This document shows positions 37,345 through 49,019 of a stretch of DNA of 49,019 nt, piece by piece. The position numbers were made by a program, and so were the translations under genes. A model generated the notes under the pieces. It made no database searches. It worked only from the letters and a program-made list of their open reading frames with translations, and had not been told where the DNA came from. The number at the start of each line of letters is the position of its first letter. Within the stretch, counting starts at the first letter, position 1. Origin of the DNA: Macrostomum lignano (taxonomy: Eukaryota); contig NIVC01004355.1 of the NCBI GenBank assembly GCA_002269645.1, positions 1 through 49,019 on the forward strand. The letters run 5' to 3'.

Positions 37345-40300
37345 AATCAAACAGACACAGAAATCTGTTCCAGTTGTGTCTGTAGGTTATGTGGACCACC
37401 TCAGATCCAGAGCCTCAAACAGACAGAGAAATCTGTTCGAGTTGTGTCTGTAGGTGAGGTGAACCACCTTCTGAGAGCCTAAGCCTCAAACAGACTGAGA
37501 GAGCTGCTTCAGTTGTGTCTGTAGGTTATGTGGACCACCTAAGAGCCAGAGCCTCAAACAGACAGAGAAATCTGTTCGAGTTGTGTCTGTAGGTTAGGTG
37601 GACCACCTAAGAGCCAGAGCCTCAAACAGACAGAGAAATCTGTTCGAGTTGTGTCTGTAGGTTAGGTGGACCAGCTACTCCACAGCACTTCTAGGCGATT
37701 ATCTGAGCCAGGAGTCTCCGAGAGACTTTCGTTACACATCCAGATGTTCTGCCTTGATGCTGGACTAGCTCACTTTCTAGGAATCTGTTCTGATTGCATT
37801 CTAACAAACTGAAGCATTCTCGGCACTAAACTTTCTCGGCGGCTCTGAGAGCCAGAGCCTCAAACAGACAGAGAAATCTGTTCGAGTTGTGTCTGTAGGT
37901 TAGGTGGACCAGCTATTCTACAGCACTTCTAGGCGATAATCTGAGCCAGGAATCTCCGAGAGCCTCTCGTTACACATCCAGATGTTCTGCCTTGATGCTG
38001 GACTAGCTCACTTTCTAGGAATATGTTCTGATTGCATTCTAACAAACTGAAGCATTCTCGGCACTAAACTTTCTCGGCGGCTCTGAGAGCCAGAGCCTCA
38101 AACAGACAGAGAAATCTGTTCGAGTTGTGTCTGTAGGTTAGGTGGACCAGCTACTCCACAGCACTTCTAGGCGATAATCTGAGCCAGGAGTCTCCGAGAG
38201 ACTTTCGTTACACATCCAGATGTTCTGCCTTGATGCTGGACTAGCTCACTTTCTAGGAATATGTTCTGATTGCATTCTAACAAACTGAAGCATTTTCTGC
38301 ACTAAACTTTCTCGGCGGCTCTGAGAGCCAGAGCCTTAAACAGACAGAGAAATCTGTTCGAGTTGTGTCTGTAGGTTAGGTGGACCAGCTACTGAGAGCC
38401 AAAGCCTCAAACAGACTGAGAGAGCTGCTTCAGTTGTGTCTGTAGGTTATGTGGACCACCTAAGAGCCAGAGCCCTAAACAGACAGAGAAATCTGTTCGA
38501 GTTGTGTCTGTAGGTTAGGTGGACCAGCTACTCCACAGCACTTCTAGGCGATAATCTGAGCCAGGAATCTCCGAGAGCCTCTCGTTACACATCCAGATGT
38601 TCTGCCTTGATGCTGGACTAGCTCACTTTCTAGGAATCTGTTCTGATTGCATTCTAACAAACTGAAGCATTCTCGGCACTAAACTTTCTCGGCGGCTCTG
38701 AGAGCCAGAGCCTCAAACAGACAGAGAAATCTGTTCGAGTTGTGTCTGTAGGTTAGGTGGACCAGCTACTCCAAAGCACTTCTAGGCGATAATCTGAGCC
38801 AGGAATCTCCGAGAGCCTCTCGTTACACATCCAGATGTTCTACCTTGATGCTGGACTAGCTCACTTTCTAGGAATCTGTTCTGATTGCATTCTAACAAAC
38901 TGAAGCATTTTCTGCACTAAACTTTCTCGGCGGCTCTGAGATCCAGAGCCTCAAACAGACAGAGAAATCTGTTCGAGTTGTGTCTGTAGGTTAGGTGGAC
39001 CAGCTACTCCAAAGCACTTCTAGGCGATAATCTGAGCCAGGAATCTCCGAGAGCCTCTCGTTACACATCCAGATGTTCTACCTTGATGCTGGACTAGCTC
39101 ACTTTCTAGGAATATGTTCTGATTGCATTCTAACAAACTGAAGCATTCTCGGCACTAAACTTTCTCGGCGGCTCTGAGATCCAGAGCCTCAAACAGACAG
39201 AGAAATCTGTTCGAGTTGTGTCTGTCGGTTAGGTGGACCAGCTATTCTACAGCACTTCTAGGCGATAATCTGAGCCAGGAATCTCCAAGAGCCTCTCGTT
39301 ACACATCCAGATGTTCTGCCTTGATGCTGGACTAGCTCACTTTCTAGGAATCTGTTCTGATTGCATTCTAACAAACTGAAGCATTCTCGCACTAAACTTT
39401 CTCGGCGGCTCTGAGATCCAGAGCCTCAAACAGACAGAAATCTGTTCGAGTTGTGTCTGTAGGTTAGGTGGACCAGCTACTCCACAGCACTTCTAGGCGA
39501 TAATCTGAGCCAGGAGTCTCCGAGAGACTTTCGTTACACATCCAGATGTTCTACCTTGATGCTGGACTAGCTCACTTTCTAGGAATCTGTTCTGATTGCA
39601 TTCTAACAAACTGAAGCATTTTCTGCACTAAACTTTCTCGGCGGCTCTGAGATCCAGAGCCTCAAACAGACAGAGAAATCTGTTCGAGTTGTGTCTGTAG
39701 GTTAGGTGGACCAGCTACTCCAAAGCACTTCTAGGCGATAATCTGAGCCAGGAATCTCCGAGAGCCTCTCGTTACACATCCAGATGTTCTACCTTGATGC
39801 TGGACTAGCTCACTTTCTAGGAATATGTTCTGATTGCATTCTAACAAACTGAAGCATTCTCGGCACTAAACTTTCTCGGCGGCTCTGAGATCCAGAGCCT
39901 CAAACAGACAGAGAAATCTGTTCGAGTTGTGTCTGTAGGTTAGGTGGACCAGCTACTCCACAGCACTTCTAGGCGATAATCTGAGCCAGGAGTCTCCGAG
40001 AGACTTTCGTTACACATCCAGATGTTCTGCCTTGATGCTGGACTAGCTCACTTTCTAGGAATCTGTTCTGATTGCATTCTAACAAACTGAAGCATTCTCG
40101 GCACTAAACTTTCTCGGCGGCTCTGAGAGCCAGAGCCTTAAACAGACAGAGAAATCTGTTCGAGTTGTGTCTGTAGGTTAGGTGGACCAGCTACTGAGAG
40201 CCAAAGCCTCAAACAGACTGAGAGAGCTGATTCAGTTGTGTCTGTAGGTTATGTGGACCACCTAAGAGCCAGAGCCCTAAACAGACAGAGAAATCTGTTC

Positions 40301-43300
40301 GAGTTGTGTCTGTAGGTTAGGTGGACCAGCTACTCCACAGCACTTCTAGGCGATAATCTGAGCCAGGAGTCTCCGAGAGACTTTCGTTACACATCCAGAT
40401 GTTCTGCCTTGATGCTGGACTAGCTCACTTTCTAGGAATCTGTTCTGATTGCATTCTAACAAACTGAAGCATTTTCTGCACTAAACTTTCTCGGCGGCTC
40501 TGAGAGCCAGAGCCTTAAACAGACAGAGAAATCTGTTCGAGTTGTGTCTGTAGGTTAGGTGGACCAGCTACTGAGAGCCAAAGCCTCAAACAGACTGAGA
40601 GAGCTGCTTCAGTTGTGTCTGTAGGTTATGTGGACCACCTAAGAGCCAGAGCCCTAAACAGACAGAGAAATCTGTTCGAGTTGTGTCTGTAGGTTAGGTG
40701 GACCAGCTACTCCACAGCACTTCTAGGCGATAATCTGAGCCAGGAATCTCCGAGAGCCTCTCGTTACACATCCAGATGTTCTACCTCGATGCTGGACTAG
40801 CTAACTTTCTAGGAATCTGTTCTGATTGCATTCTAACAAACTGAAGCATTCTCGGCACTAAACTTTCTCGGCGGCTCTGAGAGCCAGAGCCTTAAACAGA
40901 CAGAGAAATCTGTTCGAGTTGTGTCTGTAGGTTAGGTGGACCAGCTATTCTACAGCACTTCTAGGCGATAATCTGAGCCAGGAATCTCCGAGAGCCTCTC
41001 GTTACACATCCAGATGTTCTGCCTTGATGCTGGACTAGCTCACTTTCTAGGAATCTGTTCTGATTGCATTCTAACAAACTGAAGCATTCTCGGCACTAAA
41101 CTTTCTCGGCGGCTCTGAGATCCAGAGCCTCAAACAGACAGAGAAATCTGTTCGAGTTGTGTCTGTAGGTTAGGTGGACCAGCTACTCCACAGCACTTCT
41201 AGGCGATAATCTGAGCCAGGAATCTCCGAGAGACTTTCGTTACACATCCAGATGTTCTGCCTTGATGCTGGACTAGCTCACTTTCTAGGAATCTGTTCTG
41301 ATTGCATTCTAACAAACTGAAGCATTCTCGGCACTAAACTTTCTCGGCGGCTCTGAGAGCCAGAGCCTCAAACAGACAGAGAAATCTGTTCGAGTTGTGT
41401 CTGTAGGTTAGGTGGACCAGCTACTCCACAGCACTTCTAGGCGATAATCTGAGCCAGGAGTCTCCGAGAGACTTTCGTTACACATCCAGATGTTCTGCCT
41501 TGATGCTGGACTAGCTCACTTTCTAGGAATATGTTCTGATTGCATTCTAACAAACTGAAGCATTTTCTGCACTAAACTTTCTCGGCGGCTCTGAGAGCCA
41601 GAGCCTTAAACAGACAGAGAAATCTGTTCGAGTTGTGTCTGTAGGTTAGGTGGACCAGCTATTCTACAGCACTTCTAGGCGATAATCTGAGCCAGGAATC
41701 TCCGAGAGCCTCTCGTTACACATCCAGATGTTCTGCCTTGATGCTGGACTAGCTCACTTTCTAGGAATCTGTTCTGATTGCATTCTAACAAACTGAAGCA
41801 TTCTCGGCACTAAACTTTCTCGGCGGCTCTGAGATCCAGAGCCTCAAACAGACAGAGAAATCTGTTCGAGTTGTGTCTGTAGGTTAGGTGGACCAGCTAC
41901 TCCACAGCACTTCTAGGCGATAATCTGAGCCAGGAATCTCCGAGAGACTTTCGTTACACACCCAGATGTTCTGCCTTGATGCTGGACTAGCTCACTTTCT
42001 AGGAATCTGTTCTGATTGCATTCTAACAAACTGAAGCATTCTCGGCACTAAACTTTCTCGGCGGCTCTGAGAGCCAGAGCCTCAAACAGACAGAGAAATC
42101 TGTTCGAGTTGTGTCTGTAGGTTAGGTGGACCAGCTACTCCACAGCACTTCTAGGCGATAATCTGAGCCAGGAGTCTCCGAGAGACTTTCGTTACACATC
42201 CAGATGTCTGCCTTGATGCTGGACTAGCTCACTTTCTAGGAATATGTTCTGATTGCATTCTAACAAACTGAAGCATTTTCTGCACTAAACTTTCTCGGCG
42301 GCTCTGAGAGCCAGAGCCTCAAACAGACAGAGAAATCTGTTCGAGTTGTGTCTGTAGGTTAGGTGGACCAGCTACTGAGAGCCAAAGCCTCAACAGACTG
42401 AGAGAGCTGCTTCAGTTGTGTCTGTAGGTTATGTGGACCACCTAAGAGCCAGAGCCCTAAACAGACAGAGAAATCTGTTCGAGTTGTGTCTGTAGGTTAG
42501 GTGGACGCAGCTACTCAAAGCACTTCTAGGCGATAATCTGAGCCAGGAATCTCCGAGAGCCTCTCGTTACACATCCAGATGTTCTGCCTTGATGCTGGAC
42601 TAGCTCAATTTCTAGGAATCTGTTCTGATTGCATTCTAACAAACTGAAGCATTCTCGCACTAAACTTCTCGGCGGCTCTGAGATCCAGAGCCTCAACAGA
42701 CAGAGAAATCTGTTCGAGTTGTGTCTGTAGGTTAGGTGGACCCAGCTACTCCAAAGCACTTCTAGGCGATAATCTGAGCCAGGAATCTCCGAGAGCCTCT
42801 CGTTACACATCCAGATGTTCTAACCTTGATGCTGGACTAGCTCACTTTCTAGAATCTGTTCTGATTGCATTCTACAAACTGAAGCATTTTCTGCACTAAA
42901 CTTTCTCGGCGGCTCTGAGATCCAGAGCCTCAAACAGACAGAGAAATCTGTTCGAGTTGTGTCTGTAGGTTAGGTGGACCAGCTACTCCAAAGCACTTCT
43001 AGGCGATAATCTGAGCCAGGAATCTCCGAGAGCCTTCTCGTTACACATCCAGATGTTCTACCTTGATGCTGGACTAGCTCACTTTCTAGGAATCTGTTCT
43101 GATTGCATTCTAACAAACTGAAGCATTCTGCGCACTAAACTTTCTCGGCGGCTCTGAGATCGAGCCTCAAACAGACAGAGAAATCTGTTCGAGTTGTGTC
43201 TGTAGGTTAGGTGGACCAGCTATTCTACAGCACTTCTAGGCGATAATCTGAGCCAGGAATCTCCAAGAGCCTCTCGTTACACATCCAGATGTTCTGCCTT

Positions 43301-46300
43301 GATGCTGGACTAGCTCACTTTCTAGAATCTGTTCTGATTGCATTCTAAAAAACTGAAGCATTCTCGGCACTAAACTTTCTCGGCGCTCTGAGATCCAGAG
43401 CCTCAAACAGACAGAAATCTGTTCGAGTTGTGTCTGTAGGTTAGGTGGACCAGCTACTCCACAGCACTTCTAGGCGATAATCTGAGCCAGGAGTCTCCGA
43501 GAGACTTTCGTTACACATCCAGATGTTCTGCCTTGATGCTGGACTAGCTCACTTTCTAGGAATATGTTCTGATTGCATTCTAACAAACTGAAGCATTCTC
43601 GCACTAAACTTTCTCGGCGGCTCTCTGAGAGCCAGAGCCTTAAACAGACAGAGAAATCTGTTCGAGTTGTGTCTGTAGGTTAGGTGGACCAGCTACTGAG
43701 AGCCAAAGCCTCAACAGACTGAGAGAGCTGATTCAGTTGTGTCTGTAGGTTATGTGGACCACCTAAGAGCCAGAGCCCTAAACAGACAGAGAAATCTGTT
43801 CGAGTTGTGTCTGTAGGTTAGGTGGACCAGCTACTCCACAGCACTTCTAGGCGATAATCTGAGCCAGGACCTCTCCGAGAGACTTTCGTTACACATCCAG
43901 ATGTTCTGCCTTGATGCTGGACTAGCTCACTTTCTAGGAATCTGTTCTGATTGCATTCTAACAAACTGAAGCATTCTCGCACTAAACTTTCTCGGCGGCT
44001 CTGAGAGCCAGAGCCTTAAACAGACAGAGAAATCTGTTCGAGTTGTGTCTGTAGGTTAGGTGGACGCAGCTACTGAGAGCCAAAGCCTCAAACAGACTGA
44101 GAGAGCTGATTCAGTTGTGTCTGTAGGTTATGTGGACCACCTAAAGAGCCAGAGCCCTAAACAGACAGAGAAATCTGTTCGAGTTGTGTCTGTAGGTTAG
44201 GTGGACCAGCTACTCCAAAGCACTTCTAGGGCGATAAATCTGAGCCAGGAATCTCCGAGACCTCTCGTTACACATCCAGATGTTCTACCCTCGATGCTGG
44301 ACTAGCTCACTTTCTAGAATCTGTTCTGATTGCATTCTAACAAACTGAAGCATTCTCGGCACTAAACTTTCTCGGCGGCTCTGAGAGCCAGAGCTCAAAC
44401 AGACAGAGAAATCTGTTCGAGTTGTGTCTGTAGGTTAGGTGGACGGCAGCTAACTGAGAGCCAAGACCAACAGACCTGAGAGAGCTGCTTCAGTTTGTGT
44501 CTGTAGGTTATGTGGACCACCTAAGAGCCAGAGCCCCTAAACGACAGAGAAATCTGTTCGAGTTGTGTTGTAGGTTAGGTGGACCAGCTACTCCCAAGCA
44601 CTTCTAGGCGATAATCTGAGCCAGGAATCTCCGAGAGCCTCTCGTTACACATCCAGATGTTCTGCCTCGATGCTGGACTAGCTCACTTTCTAGGAATATG
44701 TTTTGATTGCATTCTAACAAACTGAAGCATTCTCGCACTAAACTTTCTCGGCGGCTCTGAGAGCCAGAGCCCTCAAACAGACAGAGAAATCTGTTCGAGT
44801 TGTGTCTGTAGGTTAGGTGGACCAGCTATTCTACAGCACTTCTAGGCGATAAATCTGAGCCAGGAATCTCCGAGAGCCTCTTCGTTACACATCCAGATGT
44901 TCTGTTGATGCTGGACTAGCTCACTTTCTAGGAATCTGTTCTGATTGGCATTCTAACAAACGAAGCATTCTCGCACTAAACTTTCTCGGCGGCTCTGAGA
45001 TCCAGAGCCTCAAACAGACAGAGAAATCTGTTCGAGTTGTGTCTGTAGGTTAGGTGGACCAGCTACTCCACAGCACTTCTAGGCGATAATCTGAGCCAGG
45101 AGTCTCCGAGAGACTTTCGTTACACATCCAGATGTTCTGCCTTGATGCTGGAACTAGCTCACTTTCTAGGAATCTGTTCTGATTGCATCTAACAAACTGA
45201 AGCATTCTCGCACTAAACTTTCTCGGCGGCTCTGAGAGCCAGAGCCTCAAACAGACAGAGAAATCTGTTCGAGTTGTGTCTGTAGGTTAGGTGGACGCAG
45301 CCATTCTAAGCAGCACTTCTAGGCGATAATCTGAGCCAGGAGTCTCCGAGAGACTTTCGTTACACATCCAGATGTTCTGCCTTGATGCTGGACTAGCTCA
45401 CTTCTAGGAATCTGTTCTGATTGCATTCTAACAACTGAAGCATTCTCGCACTAAAACTTTCTCGGCGGCTCTGAGATCCAGAGCCTCAAACAGACAGAGA
45501 AATCTGTTCGAGTTGTGTCTGTAGGTTAGGTGGACGCAGCTACTCCACAGCACTTCTAGGCGATAATCTGAGCCAGGAGTCTGCCGAGAGACTTTCGTTA
45601 CACATCCAGATGTTCTGCTTGATGCTGGACTAGCTCATTTCTAGAATCTGTTCTGATTGCATTCTAACAAACTGAAGCATTCTCGGCAGTAACTTTCTCG
45701 GCGGCTCTGAGAGCCAGAGCCTCAAACAGACAGAGAAATCTGTTCGAGTTGTGTCTGTAGGTTTAGGTGGACCAGCTACTCGCACAGCACTTCTAGGCGA
45801 TAATCTGAGCCAGGAGTCTCGCGAGAGACTTTCGTTACACATCCAGATGTTCTGCCTTGATGCTGGACTAGCTCACTTTCTAGGAATATGTTCTGAATTT
45901 GCATTCTAACAAACTGAAGCATTTTCTGCACTAAACTTTCTCGGCGGCTCTGAGAGCCAGAGCCTTAAACAGACAGAGAAATCTGTTCGAGTTGTGTCTG
46001 TAGGTTAGGTGGACCAGCTACTGAGAGCCAAAGCCTCAAACAGACTGAGAGAGCTGCTTCAGTTGTGTCTGTAGGTTATGTGGACCACCTAAGAGCCAGA
46101 GCCCTAAACAGACAGAGAAATCTGTTCGAGTTGTGTCTGTAGGTTAGGTGGAACCAGCTACTCCACAGCACTTCTAGGCGATAATTCTGAGCCAGGAATC
46201 TCCGAGAGCCTCTCGTTACACATCCAGATGTCTGCCTTGATGCTGGACTAGCTCAATTCTAGGAATCTGTTCTGATTGCATTCTAACAAACTGAAGCATT

Positions 46301-49019
46301 CTCGCACTAAACTTTCTCGGCGGCTCTGAGATCCAGAGCCTCAAACAGACAGAGAAATCTGTTCGAGTTGTGTCTGTAGGTTAGGTGGACCAGCTACTCC
46401 AAGCACTTCTAGGCGATAATCTGAGCCAGGAATCTCCGAGAGCCTCTCGTTACACATCCAGATGTTCTAACCTTGATGCTGGACTAGCTCACTTTCTAGG
46501 AATCTGTTCTGATTGCATTCTAACAAACTGAAGCATTTTCTGCACTAAACTTTCTCGGCGGCTCTGAGATCCAGAGCCTCAACAGACAGAGAAATCTGTT
46601 CGAGTTGTGTCTGTAGGTTAGGTGGACGCAGCTACTCACAGCACTTCTAGGCGATAATCTGAGCCAGGAATCTCGCGAGCCTTCGTTACACATCCAGATG
46701 TTTCTACCTCGATGCTGGACTAGCTCACTTTCTAGGAATATGTTCTGATTGCATTCTAACAAACTGAAGCATTCTCGGCACTAAACTTTCTCGGCGGCTC
46801 TGAGAGCCAGAGCCTCAAACAGACAGAGAAATCTGTTCGAGTTGTGTCTGTAGGTTAGGTGACCAGCTATTCTACAGCACTTCTAGCGATAATCTGAGCC
46901 AGGAATCTCTCGAGAGCCTCTCGTTACACATCCAGATGTTCTGCCTTGATGCTGGACTAGCTCACTTTCTAGGAATCTGTTCTGATTGCATTCTAACAAA
47001 CTGAAGCATTCTCGGCACTAAACTTTCTCGGCGGCTCTGAGATCCAGAGCCTCAAACAGACAGAAATCTGTTCGAGTTGTGTCTGTAGGTTAGGTGGACG
47101 CAGCTACTCCCAGCACTTCTAGGCGATAATCTGAGCCAGGAGTCTCCGAGAGACTTTCGTTACACATCCAGATGTTCTGCCTTGATGCTGGACTAGCTCA
47201 CTTTCTAGGAATATGTTCTGATTGCATTCTAACAAACTGAAGCATTTTCTGCACTAAACTTTCTCGGCGGCTCTGAGAGCCAGAGCCTTAAACAGACAGA
47301 GAAATCTGTTCGAGTTGTGTCTGTAGGTTAGGTGGACCAGCTACTGAGAGCCAAAGCCTCAAACAGACTGAGAGAGCTGCTTCAGTTGTGTCTGTAGGTT
47401 ATGTGGACCACCTAAAGAGCCAGAGCCCTAAACAGACAGAGAAATCTGTTCGAGTTGTGTCTGTAGGTTAGGTGGACCAGCTACTCCACAGCACTTCTAG
47501 GCGATAATCTGAGCCAGGAATCTCCGAGAGCCTCTCGTTACACATCCAGATGTTCTGCCTTGATGCTGGACTAGCTCAATTTCTAGGAATCTGTTCTGAT
47601 TGCATTCTAACAAACTGAAGCATTCTCGCACTAAACTTTCTCGGCGGCTCTGAGATCCAGAGCCTCAAACAGACAGAGAAATCTGTTCGAGTTGTGTCTG
47701 TAGGTTAGGTGGACCAGCTACTCCAAAGCACTTCTAGGCGATAATTGAGCCAGGAATCTCCGAGAGCCTCTCGTTACACATCGCAGATGTTCTACCTTGA
47801 TGCTGGACTAGCTCACTTTCTAGGAATCTGTTCTGATTGCATTCTAACAAACTGAAGCATTTCTGCACTAAACTTTCTCGGGGCTCTGAGATCCAGAGCC
47901 TCAAACAGACAGAGAAATCTGTTTCGAGTTGTGTCTGTAGGTTAGGTGGACCAGCTACTCCACAGCACTTCTAGGCGAATAATCTGAGCCAGGAATCTCC
48001 GAGAGCCTCTCGTTACACATCCAGATGTTCTACCTTGATGCTGGACTAGCTCACTTTCTAGGAATATGTTCTGATTGCATTCTAACAAACTGAAGCATTC
48101 TCGGCACTAAACTTTCTCGGCGGCTCTGAGAGCCAGAGCCTCAAACAGACAGAGAAATCTGTTCGAGTTGTGTCTGTAGGTTAGGTGGACCAGCTATTCT
48201 ACAGCACTTCTAGGCGATAATCTGAGCCAGGAATCTCCGAGAGCCTCTCGTTACACATCCAGATGTTCTGCCTTGATGCTGGACTAGCTCACTTTCTAGA
48301 ATCTGTTCTGATTGCATTCTAAAAACTGAAGCATTCTCGGCACTAAACTTTCTCGGCGCTCTGAGATCCAGAGCCTCAACAGACAGAAATCTGTTTCGAG
48401 TTGTGTCTGTAGGTTAGTGGACCAGCTACTCCACAGCACTTCTAGGCGATAATCTGAGCCAGGAGTCTCCGAGAGACTTTCGTTACACATCCAGATGTTC
48501 TGCCTTGATGCTGGACTAGCTCACTTTCTAGGAATCTGTTCTGATTGCATTCTAACAAACTGAAGCATTCTCGGCACTAAACTTTCTCGCGGCGGCTCTG
48601 AGAGCCAGAGCCTCAACAGACAGAGAAATCTGTTCGAGTTGTGTCTGTAGGTTAGGTGGACCAGCTATTCTACAGCACTTCTAGGCGATAATCTGAGCCA
48701 GGAGTCTCCGAGAGACTTCGTTACACATCCAGATGTTCTGCCTTGATGCTGGACTAGCTCACTTTCTAGGAATATGTTCTGATTGCATTCTAACAAACTG
48801 AAGCATTCTCGCACTAAACTTTCTCGGCGGCTCTGAGAGCCAGAGCCTCAAAACAGACAGAGAAATCTGTTCGAGTTGTGTCTGTAGGTTAGGTGGACCA
48901 GCTACTGAGAGCCAAAGCCTCAAACAGACTGAGAGAGAGCTGCTTCAGTTTGTGTCTGTAGGTTATGTGGACCACCTAAGAGCCAGAGCCCTAAACAGAC
49001 AGAGAAATCTTGTTCGAGT
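37345..49019. repeat. Higher-order satellite: 238-bp unit (~70-bp A monomer plus ~168-bp B segment), ~42 units, about ten carrying a 139-bp A'A insertion; runs off the right edge
   Basis: Period of 238 measured (37801, 38039, 38277), and 377 across an insertion. The array opens with ~5 A-type monomers lacking B. Confidence 0.97.

Noticed and set aside
37345-49019. CRISPR-like repeat-spacer appearance (A monomer separated by B)
   Set aside because: The spacers are near-identical copies, the lengths are wrong, there are no cas genes, and the context is eukaryotic.
37345-49019. Satellite-encoded hammerhead ribozyme, SL RNA or snRNA array
   Set aside because: No CTGANGA core, Sm site or recognisable U/5S/SL sequence on either strand of the unit as read by eye. 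An Infernal scan would be definitive.

Overview
This is eukaryotic (metazoan) genomic DNA, not prokaryotic. It has GT-AG spliceosomal introns, GC-rich Ala/Gly/Gln-rich exons and extreme tandem-repeat density. The style resembles the flatworm Macrostomum, but that assignment is inference and was not verified. I reconstructed seven genes by hand, with consistent intron phases in the six spliced ones. (1,2) Two tandem three-finger (Ly6/uPAR-like) paralogs, one secreted and one probably GPI-anchored, flanking three identical tRNA-Arg(ACG) genes. (3) An intronless orphan secreted 6-Cys peptide. (4) An NPC2/ML-domain protein. (5) A short whirlin/PDZD7-family protein (one PDZ plus one harmonin-homology domain), head-to-head with (6) a complete 12-exon voltage-sensing phosphatase (VSP/TPTE). 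(7) A convergent prolyl 4-hydroxylase alpha-like gene whose 5' end is missing. There is also a full-length tRNA-derived, CORE-like SINE with a 10-bp target-site duplication. About 25 different micro- and minisatellites are present; almost every large intron has its own, often with 21-23 bp units. The last ~11.7 kb is a higher-order satellite (~70-bp A monomer plus ~168-bp B segment). Most ORFs in the supplied track are repeat artefacts. No CRISPR array or prokaryotic system is present. The best leads are the intron-by-intron minisatellite architecture with shared sequence cores, the orphan secreted peptide within a small secreted-protein cluster, the secreted/GPI three-finger pair, the truncated whirlin-like gene and the SINE.
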